From Saprolegnia diclina VS20 (Eukaryota), in the NCBI RefSeq assembly GCF_000281045.1, contig NW_008246068.1, positions 316,547-367,266 on the forward strand: a stretch of DNA of 50,720 nt, read 5' to 3'. Numbering within the stretch: position 1 is the stretch's first letter; every line of letters begins with the position of its first letter. Positions 35,476-49,900 of this stretch are shown piece after piece. The translations under genes and the position numbers were made by a program. The notes beneath the pieces are model-generated. The model did not search any database, was not told the origin of the DNA, and saw only the letters and a list, made by a program, of their open reading frames with translations.

Positions 35476-36135
35476 GAGGATGGAGAATGAGCCGCTTCGA
35501 CCGACCGCGCAGCGCCTGTTGGACTCTGTCCGGTTTTCCAACGACTTCGAAAACTTCGAGTCGACTTCGACGGTCGATTTTGAATGAGGTTGCACCACGA
35601 CCTCTCCGAGTTTGCCGTGCCAGTAGCCTGACGCATGAGAATACTCGGTGCGTTTGGTCCTACGAGAGGGCTACGAGGACCTTCAGTACACGTACAAGTA
35701 GCTTCCCGACGACGCCTTGCTGGACCGGCAACGCAATAATGGGCGCTTCGCATATATTTGTTCGAACTTCGATTGGATAGAGTGTTGGTCGGCGGAATGC
35801 ACGTTTGCAGCACCAATCAGCGACCACTTGGTGACTCGATCGACTAAGATCTGCTTGTCCCGAATTTTGAGATCTTCCAGCCTCTGCGACTCGGTCAAGG
35901 GAGCATCAGCATCATCAAAGCGTATCAGTCGTAGCTTGGTAGCATCGACTGTTATAACAGAGACCGCCACGGCTGCTCTCGCCTTGGTACTGGCACTGGC
36001 GTATTGCTAACGATGGGACGTTCCCAAAAATCTCAAAGGTGTGAATCTGGTGCAATGCGAGGAAATGCGACTAATTTCCCTTATAATTTTGCTGACAAAA
36101 CCACATTTACGTCGAAAAAGTGGAAAGGTGGTGTG

Positions 36136-37284
36136 TTAAGTTAGACTCAATTTAGACGAAAGGCAATTGATTTCGACTTCGCGCTGGTACAGCGCACGCT
36201 CGTGCTCTTGCAGGCCCATGTACTCAGTCGTTGCGAGCTGCATTGCGTGCGCGACGTTGCACTTGGTTGCGTGAAAGTGGTGCATTGCGCGGTCGTCCGT
36301 GAGCACGGACGTCACGTCGCTCTTCTGGACGCACAAGAGATTGGCGCCGTCGGACGTGATGAGCCCGAGCGTGCCGTCGTCGTTGTAGGCAAACACGAGG
36401 CCCCGCACGTGGGCGGCGACCGTCGACGCCAGCGACGCCTTCCGATACGTCTTGACGACGTTCCCGACGCCATACCGGACCACATCCAGCATGCCAAGGT
36501 ACTTTTTGAACAGGAACGGGTGGGCCTCCATGGTCGAGGGCGACCACATGTGCAGTGCGCGCGGGTGCGGTCGGTCCTTGCTGCTCTCGGCGAGGTAGCG
36601 GTCGCGGAGGCTATTCTCGACGCGGGGCAGGGGCCCGACCTGGTGGGATGTGCCAATCTTAGCAGCCGCCAAGTAGTTGAAGCGGATCTCGTGCTCTTGA
36701 AGCGCCGCAAAAGGCTCGAGAAGGTTCTCGGGGTTGTACCGGAAGCGGCAAATGAACGTCTTTTCGTCGTCGTCCGAGTCGATCTCGTGGCCTTGGCGAA
36801 TGACGTTGAGCCGGTCCATAAAGTCGAGCGCGGACACGACCTTGCACGTTCCGCGCACGTGCTTGAGCAGATTCCGGTCGGTTTGCGTCGAGAGAAACAC
36901 TTCGTGGTGCAGCACGGGCGTCCCCAGCTTTTCCAGAATTTCTGGCGCAATGTCCTCGGCCCGATAGAACCACTGCCCGACAAATGTGGTCGCTGACGAC
37001 GGGCGCGCCAGCGACTGCATGCTGCGGACAAGAGCGACGCCTTCGTAGTCGCGGCCCAAGTCGACGAGGACGCAGTTGCCCACTTCGATCGCCGAGTCGT
37101 CGTCGCCCCTGGCCGGCGCCGTCGTGGGCTCGGTCTCGCTGGGCAGCGGGTCGTTGGGCTTGGTCCGCTTCGCCCGGCGCTCGGCCGAGTCAAGGTACGT
37201 CGGTGAGTCGCACGCGTAGTTGGTCACGGTGTTGCGCGCCTCGCGCGATGGCATCGATCGGCGACGCGGGGCGTCGGCGTCCAT
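36136..37284 (-). CDS. BAH-domain chromatin protein with an ELM2-like region, intronless
   Basis: BAH: IEVGNCVLV..GQWFYRAEDI..HEVFLS..NLLKHVRGTCKVVS..FICRFRY. ELM2-like: KIGTSHQVGPLP..LHMWSP..DRAMHHFHATKCNVAHAMQL. ATG at 37284. Confidence 0.85.
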   Translation of the reverse strand: MDADAPRRRSMPSREARNTVTNYACDSPTYLDSAERRAKRTKPNDPLPSETEPTTAPARGDDDSAIEVGNCVLVDLGRDYEGVALVRSMQSLARPSSATTFVGQWFYRAEDIAPEILEKLGTPVLHHEVFLSTQTDRNLLKHVRGTCKVVSALDFMDRLNVIRQGHEIDSDDDEKTFICRFRYNPENLLEPFAALQEHEIRFNYLAAAKIGTSHQVGPLPRVENSLRDRYLAESSKDRPHPRALHMWSPSTMEAHPFLFKKYLGMLDVVRYGVGNVVKTYRKASLASTVAAHVRGLVFAYNDDGTLGLITSDGANLLCVQKSDVTSVLTDDRAMHHFHATKCNVAHAMQLATTEYMGLQEHERALYQREVEINCLSSKLSLT

Positions 37285-38653
37285 CTCGTCGTCTCGGATT
37301 CTGCCACCACGGGAAGCGCCGGCCACCGTATTTATTTTGGTTTTGGCCAATCTCACGGGATCCTGAACGGAAACGATGTTTGATTGGCCAAAATGCCAGA
37401 TCGCCGCTTCGAACCCCGATATGCATGCCTTTATGCAGATTGTGCGGCAACCGTCGTCATACCCCTCGCGGGTTGTTCAGACCGTCGTACCTAGTTCATC
37501 GTTTGTCCGTTAATTCGTCGGTCCGTGACCTCGCCCAGCCGCGCGAGGACTTCAGCATAAATTCGCTCCAACAACGATGGTGTCGCTATCTTCTAAATGC
37601 AGCGAAACAAGTCCAAGGTAGACTTGGTACTTGCATTAGCCTCGCGTCGTGGACATGAAAAGCCACGTTGCAGTAAACACTTGCGAGGTATGACAGCGGG
37701 TGTCGGGCATGCACTTCAGAGTCTAGCTCCTCGGCCCACCGAGCGATGGGATTATATGATTGAGGGACATATTTTCACGGGGTTGTAGCGTCGATCATTG
37801 GTCCCTCAACTGGCTCAGAGCGATGAAGCTAAACGACGAACGTGGCCACTGGTAGACGGCGCACTGGATCTGCGATCAAGCTACTTTGATCGCGAAGGGA
37901 TGCTTGTCAATGCGACAAGGGTGCTGCCATGCATGATGCGTCATGAGAACTCGGCTGCTGGAACGAGATCGCACTTGCTTGCGGGTGATGGTCGCTCTAG
38001 AGAGCTGCTTTCAAGCTAGCAGCGTTCGCGAGAGGCTACGCCGAGGCTTTTTCTGAGGCTCCCTCATCGAAGCTGGAGGTAATGGGATACTAGTACGCAG
38101 GATGATCTGGTGAGCGCTCATGCCATTCTCTAGAGAAGCATCTACGTTGCGACCATCATTTCCATTTCCAACAAACGAGCAATGAAAGCCAACACAGCCC
38201 AGCATGACGATGGTCGCTGACGCATTATGTTGCCTCTTGATCCTGGACTTGATGAGCCGGATAAAGCCACGTGGCAACGGGAGTGCTTGGTGTCAACCGG
38301 ATAACGTCGGTGCAGGTTCGCTCTTTGCGGTCGCCAAACGTCCTCGAAGAGAGAGTATGTCCAGTGAGCTGGCTGCTGGCGCAGCGCAGCAAAAGCTTTC
38401 TCGACGCCTAGTGCGAGGTCAATGAACGGAACTCGACTTGAATAAATCCTGGGGGATTCTTCCTCGGTGACTATTTGACCCGTCTACTAGATCCATGTAT
38501 TACTGTCCCATTGCAATCATGAAATAGTGTCGTACAATGCCGACGACCATACTGGATGGAAATGGATATCAGAGCCATGTGCAACACTAAATCCTGTCAT
38601 TTATGCGACACGCCCTTCCAGAAGGTCTTGCAGCACACTTTCTAATTGGTCGA

Positions 38654-40477
38654 ATGATGCTACAGCGCCAGGCTTCGCACAGTCTGCAGGCGCTCGAGAG
38701 CCTCGAGAAGAGCCTCGGATCGCTCAAGCTCAAGCGCAGCAAGCTCCGCTCCAAGCAGGCGGGTCTCAGCGACCAGGACGCCTACGGCGCGCAGCTCTAC
38801 GCCAAGAAGCTCGCCTTGCTCGACGCCAGCGTCGATGACCTTCAAGCGCGCAAGGAGGACGCCTTCCGCGTCGAGTTCTTTGACCCGGAGAAGATTCCGC
38901 TGGTTGCCGCCGCGTACGGCGTTGTCAAGGTGCTGCAGGACTTTGTCACGAGAATGACACCCGCGACAAGCGCGTACCTCGAGCAGCGCGACGAGACCAC
39001 AGGCAGCACACCGCTCCTCGTGGCGTGCGGCAAAGGCTACGTCGACTGCGCCAAGATCCTCATCGCGGTGGGTGCCCTCGTCGGCGCCGTCAACAACACG
39101 GGAGCCACGGCGCTGCACTGCGCCGCAGCCGCCGGCCACCCCGAGATCGTCCAGCTCCTCCTCGCCGTGCCGTACTTTGACCCGTACGTGCGCAACCAGC
39201 GCCAGCTCACGGCGCTGAGCGTTGCGCGTATTGCATGCCTCGAGCACGACCACTGGGCGAGCTTTGAAGAGTGCGCTCGGCTTCTGGAAGAGGTACAGAG
39301 TTGCATATACTTGCTCGACCTCATGGCAGTAATCGGGAACTAGCGCTGCAGCCTCTACCGCGGATGGCTCTACGAGAGCGTCGAGTCGTCGGTTGTCAAG
39401 ATGCCGCTAGGTCTCCGCCCGTGGAAGCTGCGGTACGCACCGTCACGCCCACGCTCTTGCGCTCAACATCGCCTAGGTTTGTCATCGTGCTGCGCACCGA
39501 CGTGCGCTCGACGTCCCTTGAACTGTCTTTTTTCGACGCCAAGCAAGGCAGCCGCCTCCCGCCCGTGCCGATGTGCTCGCCAAAGCCATGATAGGAAGCC
39601 TACTAACATAGACGTGTAGCTCGACGGTCGTGTACAAGCTTGGGACGCCAATGGTGATGCCAGGCACGCAGCGACCGTTTGGTAACAAGGATCATTCGTT
39701 CTACTTTGCCGGCGCCCACCGAACGCACGAAGACCAGCCCACAGTCATGCGCAAGCTCGAGTGCGCGGCCTTGGATGCAAATGGCTTGGCGTCGTGGTCG
39801 ACCTTCTTCGAGACCTATAGCGTACGTCGACATATCGCTCAACACTATTGACGCATGCCTCTGCGTAGACGACCAAGGACGTCCCCGACACTCTGCTCGT
39901 GCCGCTCGCTGCAGCGACACCGTCCCCACACGCCACCGAGACCCCTTCTGTGCTGCAACAAGTGCCCCGGCGCTCCCGCCGCAGCCTCTCGGAGCTGACG
40001 TTGTCCGAGTCGAACGCAGTAGGACATGCTGCACCGTCCACCGCGGCGACGCCGTCGGTGCTGCAACTGCCGTGGCGAAGCCGTCGCAGCCACTCGGACG
40101 CCAAGTCACCGGTCATCGAGTCGTCGTCCATGCTCCAAGTGCCGTGGCGCCACCAGAGCCTCCCGGAGCCAAAGCAGCTAGCTCTGCCCGAGCCCGAGGT
40201 ACCACGAGACGTTGTGCCGTCGGCGCCGCTCTTGTCGCCGGTCAACGAGGCCGTTGCCGCCAGCGCCCCGCCGTTGGACGAGAGCGGGTTGCTCGAGGCG
40301 GGCCGCCAGCGCGAGTGCGTCGTGTGCTTTGACGGCCCCCAGAGCGCGGTCTGCGTACCCTGCGGACACAACGCCGTCTGCATGCGCTGCGCCGACCACC
40401 TGCTCGCGGCGCCCGTGAAGCAGTGTCCCGTGTGCCGCTCGCCGGTGCGCGAAATCATCCGGCTTTTCCAATGCTAA
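38654..40477 (+). CDS. Coiled-coil-ankyrin-PH-like-RING E3 ubiquitin ligase, XBAT34/35-like (inverted third paralog); multi-exon
   Basis: GSTPLLVACGKG and GATALHCAAAAGH; spliced LYRGWLYES..WKLR|FVIVL; RING CVVC..CVPCGHNAVCMRCA..CPVCRSPVREIIRLFQC*. Confidence 0.9.
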
Positions 40478-41165
40478 ACTTTAATTTAACCTACCCCTTC
40501 TTGATTTCGGCCTCTGTGTCCTGGAGAGAGGCCGTTCTCTTGGTGACGCAAAGACTTTGCAGACATAGCGACGACGGCAATCTTCGTCTTCGGCTTCAGT
40601 CGCTGGGCCATGGCGAAGCTGCGTCTCACTCTTCTGTCGCCGACCGGGTGTGAGGCTGAGCTCCGTCAAGTCCTTCAGCTGTCGCGATGGCAAAGGTACG
40701 CTGTTTGCCGAGCTCCTCGAGACGCTGGCGCGACCGAGGCGGCGTCAGCAACGGGGTCGCTCTCTTCCACTTGATGATGCATCTCGGTGAAGAACCAGCT
40801 CGACGTCAACGCGACTGGAAAGAGAAGAAGGGGACACACCGACGACACCCCACACCTCGTGCGCCTGCAGCAGGACGCATCCACCGACAAGGCGTGCCAC
40901 TCTCGACAGTCTCACTGAGGCCCAAGACCATCAGTCGTATCACGAGTACCTCGCGTGGTCAACGACGACCTAACCCGCTCATCTCTAATACCGCAGGAGC
41001 TTACGGAGGGTCTCGCGCATTGATCGCAGTGCGTTGAAGACGGCACCGAATTGCATGCGTATGATTGGCTGAAAACGGCGAGGACAAGTTGTTGATGGCA
41101 AGTATGGACAAATTGTCCTCTTCTTGTAGACCACACACAATGTAGCTGTCATACATCGTCGTCGT

Positions 41166-43092
<1,927 letters not shown>

Positions 43093-43563
43093 CGCGTCGT
43101 CCTCGCCGCAGAGTTCGGATTATTGCCGCTTTTTGTCACACGCATCCGGATAAACCAGCCATCCGGATACGATCGAATCTATTTTTAGCCTGCCAGGCAA
43201 TGGCACACGTCCAGCAGCATGCCAGCCCGGCGCGCAGATGACGCCTGAGAATGCATCGGCGCGCTAGGTAGATGCTACATGAGCGCGAGGTAGACGCTAT
43301 ATGAGCGCAAGGCCGACGCGCGTGCCAAGGCGCCTCCACTTCAAGCAGAAGTAATGAAGCGGATGGGCTTGTTTCTGGCGCGTCGACACAGACAAGTCGT
43401 CTGGAACCAGCTTGAAGCGACCTTGCAGTAGCGTCAGTCGCCGTGGGTGCGACAGGTCGTGTTGCGGCTTCTTTGACCTCTTCTGGCCAAATAGCTACGA
43501 CCAAGAGTGGACGCAAGTGGACGCAAGTTTTTATGTAATTTTCAAGTACGAGGTCGGAGCGAC

Positions 43564-45760
43564 CTACACGCGACTGCTGGTTCGCCGAACACCGCTGCTG
43601 TTGACTTCGCCGTCGTCCTTGCCCTTGGCACCGTTACTCGGGCCGCGTGGGTTGTTGGTTCGTGTTGAAGCCCGCCGCGCGACGGTCTTTTCTTCTTTGG
43701 CTGCGTCGTCCTTCTTGCCGCGCTTGGGTGCTGCCTACATGAGCAACTTGCGTCAGTGAGAAGACTAGAGTCAATGCTGTACCTTCTCGGGAGCTGGCTC
43801 GGGCTTGGTGAGCTTCCCGGATCGCGTTGTCCGGCGCGGTACGACCTCACTGCTGTTGGTATCGTTCTCGTTGTCGTCGTCATGGTCGCTGTCCTCCTTG
43901 GTGCTGCTGCTCGACGGCTGCGCTTCGGTCGGTGACTCGTCGTTGCCAGACTTGATGGGCGACGACGGCCCCGCCGACTCGCTCAAACTGTCGCGGCGCT
44001 CCCGCTTCTTGCTGCCGTTGATCTTCTTATGCGACTTGTCCTTGGAGGCTTCGCGCTCCTTCTCCAACTAGACGCCAAATGCTACGGTCGTCAACACGTA
44101 CAGGAACGGCGTGCGTGTACCTGCGACACGAGTTTGTTGATGGACTCGAGCTGGACGCTCACATGGTGCTGCGCGTCCTTCTTCTGAACTAGGTAGAGCC
44201 GAGATCGCACACGAGCGCCCAACGATTTCTATACCTTCGGACTGGCGCAATTGAAACTTGAGCCGCTCAATCTCGCCTTTCATCTTCATCATCTCGAGAC
44301 GGTCGTTCTCCCATTCAACAAGGTCCGAGGGCAAGCTGGCGCCGAGCCACTGCATGTTGGCACCGTCGCCGTTGGGGGCCGCCGCCACGGTGAAGCCCGG
44401 CAGCTCCCTACGCAACGAGGTACAGCGTTGGCAATGCCATGTGGGACAGGGCGTACCCAAGGGGGCTAATGAGCAGTGGCATCTCGTACGGCGTACCCGG
44501 CAAGCGCGAGCCCTTGAACGGAATCAGTGTCTTGCGCTTGGTCGTTGCCACCGTGGTCGCCGACGTCTTGGCGCGCTTCTTGGGCGGGTCGGCGTCGTCG
44601 TCCATCTTGTTGATCTTGGCCTCCACCTTGCTCGACTTGGCGTCGCCGTCCACAGCCTCGTCGTCGTCGTCACCGTCGTCGACTTCGTCGTCGTCAATGT
44701 CCTCGTCTTCGTCCAGTGTTCCCTTCTCGACGAGCTCCTTGAGGGCGGCTTCAGCGTTTAGCCACTCGCTCGCCTTCTCAAAGTACTTGGCCTTGAGCGC
44801 GACCTCGTCCGGAGTGAACGATAGCTCGTCGGCGTGCGCGTGCTCGACGTCGTCGATCGCCATCTCGACTTGCTTCTCATCCCGCATGTCGACCGTGACG
44901 TGCTTGGCATCTTCGTCGATGGCTACAATGACGCCCTATCGAAAGGGATGAGAGGGATATTCGGGAGGCAACCAGGCACCGCACCGCTTCGTTGGTCGCC
45001 GTGCACTGGACGAGGTCGCCGACCGCGAGCGCCGACCCCGTTGTCTTGGCCACGTCGAGTTTGTGGTGTCGCAGCACCGCGCGAAGGCGACTCACTTCGT
45101 GCTGGAGCTTGAAAAGCTCCTCGCCCCGTGCGTCGAGCTCGGTCAAGATATCTTGCATCGCCGTGTTGCGACGCTTGGACGAGAGCAAGCGCGAAGCTGC
45201 TTGCGTCGTCTTCTTTCGGATCCGCAGCATGACGCGCTCTTGGTCCTTCTCCTCCTTCATCATGAGCTCGATCTCGTGGATAAAGGTCGTGCGCAGGCGA
45301 AGGTAGTTGTCTTCGAGCTCGAGACGCTCGCGCTTGAGCGCCATGAGCTCGGCTTGCGTGAGGCGCACGGCCCGCCGGCAGATCGGCAGCGTCTCGATGA
45401 TCTCTTCGGCGCTCATGACTTCGCGACCCCGGCTGCGCTTCTTCGTCGGCATGGCTTTGTTTAAATACAGGTTGGCGAGGTGCTGCTGCCGGCGTCGCTG
45501 CAACGAGCCCGCATCCTCGGCCTCATCGGGCGCCGCCGGATCGATCTCGGGCTGCTTCGACATGTCCTTCCACGCGTCGTTCGAGCTACGGATCTCGTCG
45601 AGGAGATGCTCGACCTCCTTGACGTCCTTCCGCACCTCGCTCTTGTTCAAGCCCGCGACGCCTACGTCGGCGCCATGAGCTTCATGCGCCAGGAAGCTCC
45701 CATGCGGCGACGTCTACCTGGGATGTGCTCCAGCGTCCGCGACCAGATCTCGTCGTCCAT
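43564..45760 (-). CDS. Hypothetical coiled-coil, acidic/basic protein, probably nuclear, with a KOW/Tudor-like segment; multi-exon
   Basis: ORFs 44877-45650, 44408-44887, 44068-44460 and 43771-44067 join through short GT..AG introns. Long coiled coil, LAVGDLVQ..GVIVAIDEDAKHVTVD, Asp-rich tract, PPKKRAK NLS-like motif. Inferred stop at 43564. Confidence 0.75.
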
Positions 45761-46942
45761 GCTCGTCGATGGCCGCCCCGACTGACCCCACACACCCCCA
45801 AAAGTTTTTTAACGCGAGCGATGCCAAGTCGCACTAAGTGCGACCCGATCACGTGCGGGTTCTATTTTTGGCCGCTGCGATTGGCCCATTTTTTCGACCG
45901 CCACGAAAAAAATCGACGCGGGGTCATAGAAACGCCGAGTCATTTTTATAAAATATCCCACTCTAAGAGACACGGCCTGTGATTGGCCAGAGATTTGGCC
46001 AATCCGGCGACGCGGGCGTGGCGCGCGGCCCGCAACGCCTCCATATCGATGTTTCAAGGCGACGCAAGGTAGCCTCAAGAGCTCTCTACGCCTTGTCGCT
46101 TACGATGGCACGAGACCATGCGCTTCCAGAGAGCTCCATCAGCATGCATGTGCTAACGCCATTATGCATCCTCCTCGATGGCTAGTCTCTAGCACACGCA
46201 TATCCTCAGCACTTCGCCAAGTCCTCGTCCAGCTCCGTACGTGTCGACTGGTTGATGTTGCCGCTCGACCCACGACTGCACTAAGCGCATGGCTTGAAGA
46301 CGCAGTCATTGAACTCATAGCACTGTTTCGATACAATGCTGCCCGCGATGTCGCTTCGATCCGGATAAGTCGTGGCGAGTCTCGTAGCAGCGAACGACGA
46401 GGCTGTTGCAGCGAGCAACAGTGCACGTTGACGCCGGACGCTCGGAGCTGCATCTTGGCGGGTGGCTTGGCTCTAGTGGCGCCTGCCACCCAGGTACAAG
46501 GATCAATCGCGAGCCTTTCTACTTAGACGTTTTGAACGGTATATCGAGATTCAATCGTCCACACTGAACCGTCCTCTGGCATCGTCCTTATTCCACTACA
46601 CTGTACTCGTAAAGAGAACAAGTTGTCTTCCTTTGCTAGTCTTTATTCAACCTGAATACCCAACGACTATTATAATAATGTCGTTCTCGACCCACAAGCC
46701 GCCGGCATATGCTATGCGACACGCCGTTTCCCAGATGTGTGCAATCGTCTGTTTTGAAGCGTGTGACCGTGAGCGCTGTGAGCTCCGATTCATACACTTT
46801 GCGAATGTACAATTATGGAACAAAAAAAGACGATATTTACCAACCCTACTCGGCATTCGCGTCTGCGATCAAGCCCATTTTGAGTTATTAGCAGCAAAAA
46901 CTATAAAGTGCGTTGAAGAACCACGGTTTCGACGTCGAGTCA

Positions 46943-49900
46943 CTACGGTTTGGACTTGGCCTTGGTCGCTTTCGTCGACTTGCGGTCGGTGGATTTGGCC
47001 GCCAGCTTCTCGTCGAGGGCCTTCTGCAGCAGCTTGCGCTTCTCCTTGGCTTGGTACGAGTTGCTCTTGACGGCCGACGACGCCGTCTTATGACGCGCTT
47101 GTTCGAACGCGCGCACGGCCGGTCCGCACCCGTGCACTTCGGGCAGACCGTGCGTATAGCAGAACTTCAAGTTGCAGAACTTGCACACGCTGCCCAGGAG
47201 CGTAATGCGCTGCGCGCACGAGCCAAAGGTGCAGACGTTGGCTTGCGTCGCGACGCGGTCTAGAAACGCCAAGTCGTCTTCGTCCGGCGCCTTGTCCGCG
47301 ATCGGCGCCACTTCGATCCGCGGCGGTGCCTTCATTTTCCCCTTCTTTTTCGTTTTGGAAGATGATGTCGGTGCCGCCAGCGCCTTTTGCCGAGCCACCC
47401 GCTCCTTGTGCAGGTCCTGGAGCAGACTGTTGGCGTTGGGAGCTGGCTTTGCCTCGTCGTCGCCAAGATCGTTGGGCTCACTGTCGCTGGACGAGTCACC
47501 GACAAGCGCACCAAACGCACTCGACGTCGTTGGCGGCGCCTCGTCCTCCGACTCGGACTCGTCGTTCGCCGGTCCGTGCCCCGGGGTATCGACTGGCGCT
47601 GGTGGAGGTGTCGCCACGGGTACCGAGGGCGTCGGCACCGACGTTGGGGGGCTATGCACCGACGTGGCGGGTGTCGACGTGGCGGGTGTGGGAACACTCT
47701 TCTTCACATGCGCCGGCTTGGTCGTCGGCTTGGCCAATGGTGTCGCCTTGGGTGCTAGGAGCTACCGTCCAACATGGTCATCCTGCAAAGGCGACGACGA
47801 AGCATACCTCCTTTGCATCTTTCTTCAGCTCAGAGAGTAATGCGTTCGAGTCGAAGGCGTTGGCGGGCGTCTCGTCCAACGTCGTGCTCAAGTACTCTTC
47901 CGCACTACGGTACTCGCCATGCGCTTCGAAATGCTCCATCTAGTCACCATCAATCCAGCGCCCGTCGACCATGATTAAGATACCAGCGCATGCAGGAACG
48001 GGTGCTTCCCGATCGTGTCCGTGTCGCACACCAGCGCCACGTGGCGCTTCGCACGTGTGATCGCCACGTTCATGCGGCGGTCGTCGGCCAAGAACCCGAC
48101 CTGCTTCTTCGCGTTGCTGCGCACCAAGCTCATGACGACCGCCTCCTTCTCGCAGCCCTGGAAGCCGTCGACGGACCGAATCTCGAGCGTCGGAAGCGTC
48201 GGCAAGAGGAGACGCTTGAGCAACTGCACTTGGGCGTTGTACGGCGTGATGACGGCAATCTCATCAGGGCGCAACCCAATGTTCAACAGCGCGTGGACGT
48301 GCGCGGCGACGACGTCGGCCTCGCCCGCATTCGACTTGGAGATGCGCAATGCCTCGTGCCTAGAGCCTCTCAGTTACAAGACGACCAAGACAACGACGCA
48401 TACGTGGGTGCATCGTCGACGTCTTCGTCGAGGCCGCAGCCCGCCGTGTCGAGCAAGAGCAACGTCGGCGCTGTGAGCTCGGTCGTGTGCGTCACATGCG
48501 CCAAGTCCCCGAGCTTGCGCGTCGCCACCGCGTCGCTACTGGCGAGCTTGCCGTCGTACATCGCATGGGACGACCAACTCGAGATGGCTTCGTGCATGCG
48601 GTACTGCGTCGAGAGCATCTTGACGACGCCCTTCGTCTTCTCCATGCGCGTAATGCGGTCAAAGAGCGTCATGTGTGCCCGCGCTGCCACGTCCGACTTG
48701 ATGGTCGGCGGCAGCTGCAGATGGTCGCCCGCAAGCACACAGCGCTTCCCCATGAGCAGCGGGATCCAGCAGCTTGCTTCGAGCGCTTGGGCGGCTTCGT
48801 CAATGATGACGACATCAAACACGAGGTTGGCGAGGAGCTTGGTGGCGGCGCCGGCGTTCGTCGCAAAGAGCACATCACTGTGCTCGACAATCTAGCATCA
48901 TGACGTGGCATGCCAGCGACAAGGAGGACAGAGCGGTACCTCGCGCACGACCTTGCGCTCGCGGTCCCGGATCTCCTTCCGCAGCAGTTGGCATTCTTTG
49001 CGCATCGCATAGACACTGGCCTTGGCGCGCTGCTTGCGGGCTTTGGCCATCTTGGTCTGGAGCGCGCCCATTTCCTTGCGGATGTCGGCAATGATGGCCG
49101 TGCCGTCGGCTGACGCAATGCGGGCGTCGAGACAGTACTGCAGCACTTGCGGCAGCAGTCGCGCCGGGTGGCCGATGCGCGTGACGCGGAACTTTGGCTT
49201 GGTCGCGGCGACCTTTTCGAGGACGTTGTCGACCGCAATGTTGGACGGCGCGCAGACAAGGATCTTCATCTTGTGCTGACTCACGCACTGCGTGATGAGC
49301 TCGACGACCGTCGTCGTCTTGCCCGTACCCGGCGGGCCGTGGATGAGCGCAATGTCCTTGGACGCGAGCGCATACTCGATCGCGTCGATCTGCGACGCGT
49401 TCATCGGCGTCGACGGGGTGAAGGGCGATATCGGTTTGGTCTGCGGCTCGCCGCCATGGAAGACGCTATCAGAGGAGGACGACGTGAGACGCAAGCAGCC
49501 GATGCGAAGAGGTTGTACACGTTGAGGATGTTCATGGCCGGGCCGTCGTTGTACTTGGCAAGCCGGTCGATGCCTTCGTGCAGCTTGCGGTACGTGGCGT
49601 CGTTCACGAGCCGATCGAGCCTACATGCATGTGAGCGATCGAATGCTGCGGTCGCGTACCGAAGCGCTTGGTTGTGGTACTCGTCCGCGTTGTCAAGGTC
49701 CTCGAATGCAATCGAGATCGCGTGCTCCTCGACCTTGGTCACGATCCCTCGCGGGAGGCCGTCATTCGCGTCTGCCGGCGTAGGCGACGCCGTCGGGACG
49801 CTTAGCTGCACGAGGTCGCCAATGCCAAAGTGGTGCGAAGGCAGTTCTCGGTTCTGGCCTTGCGTGAGCAGCAGGACGGTCCGCCCAAAGAGCCCGGTGG

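Noticed and set aside
35683..35970. 95 aa minus-strand ORF upstream of the second ANK-RING gene
   Set aside because: No ATG start or domain motif, and the downstream gene has its own Inr-like site and ATG; cannot be supported as a gene or exon.
43508..43528. Direct duplication gtggacgcaa x2 (similar 12-mer duplication near 5337)
   Set aside because: Two-copy slippage repeats without spacers; not CRISPR-like or target-site duplications of an element.
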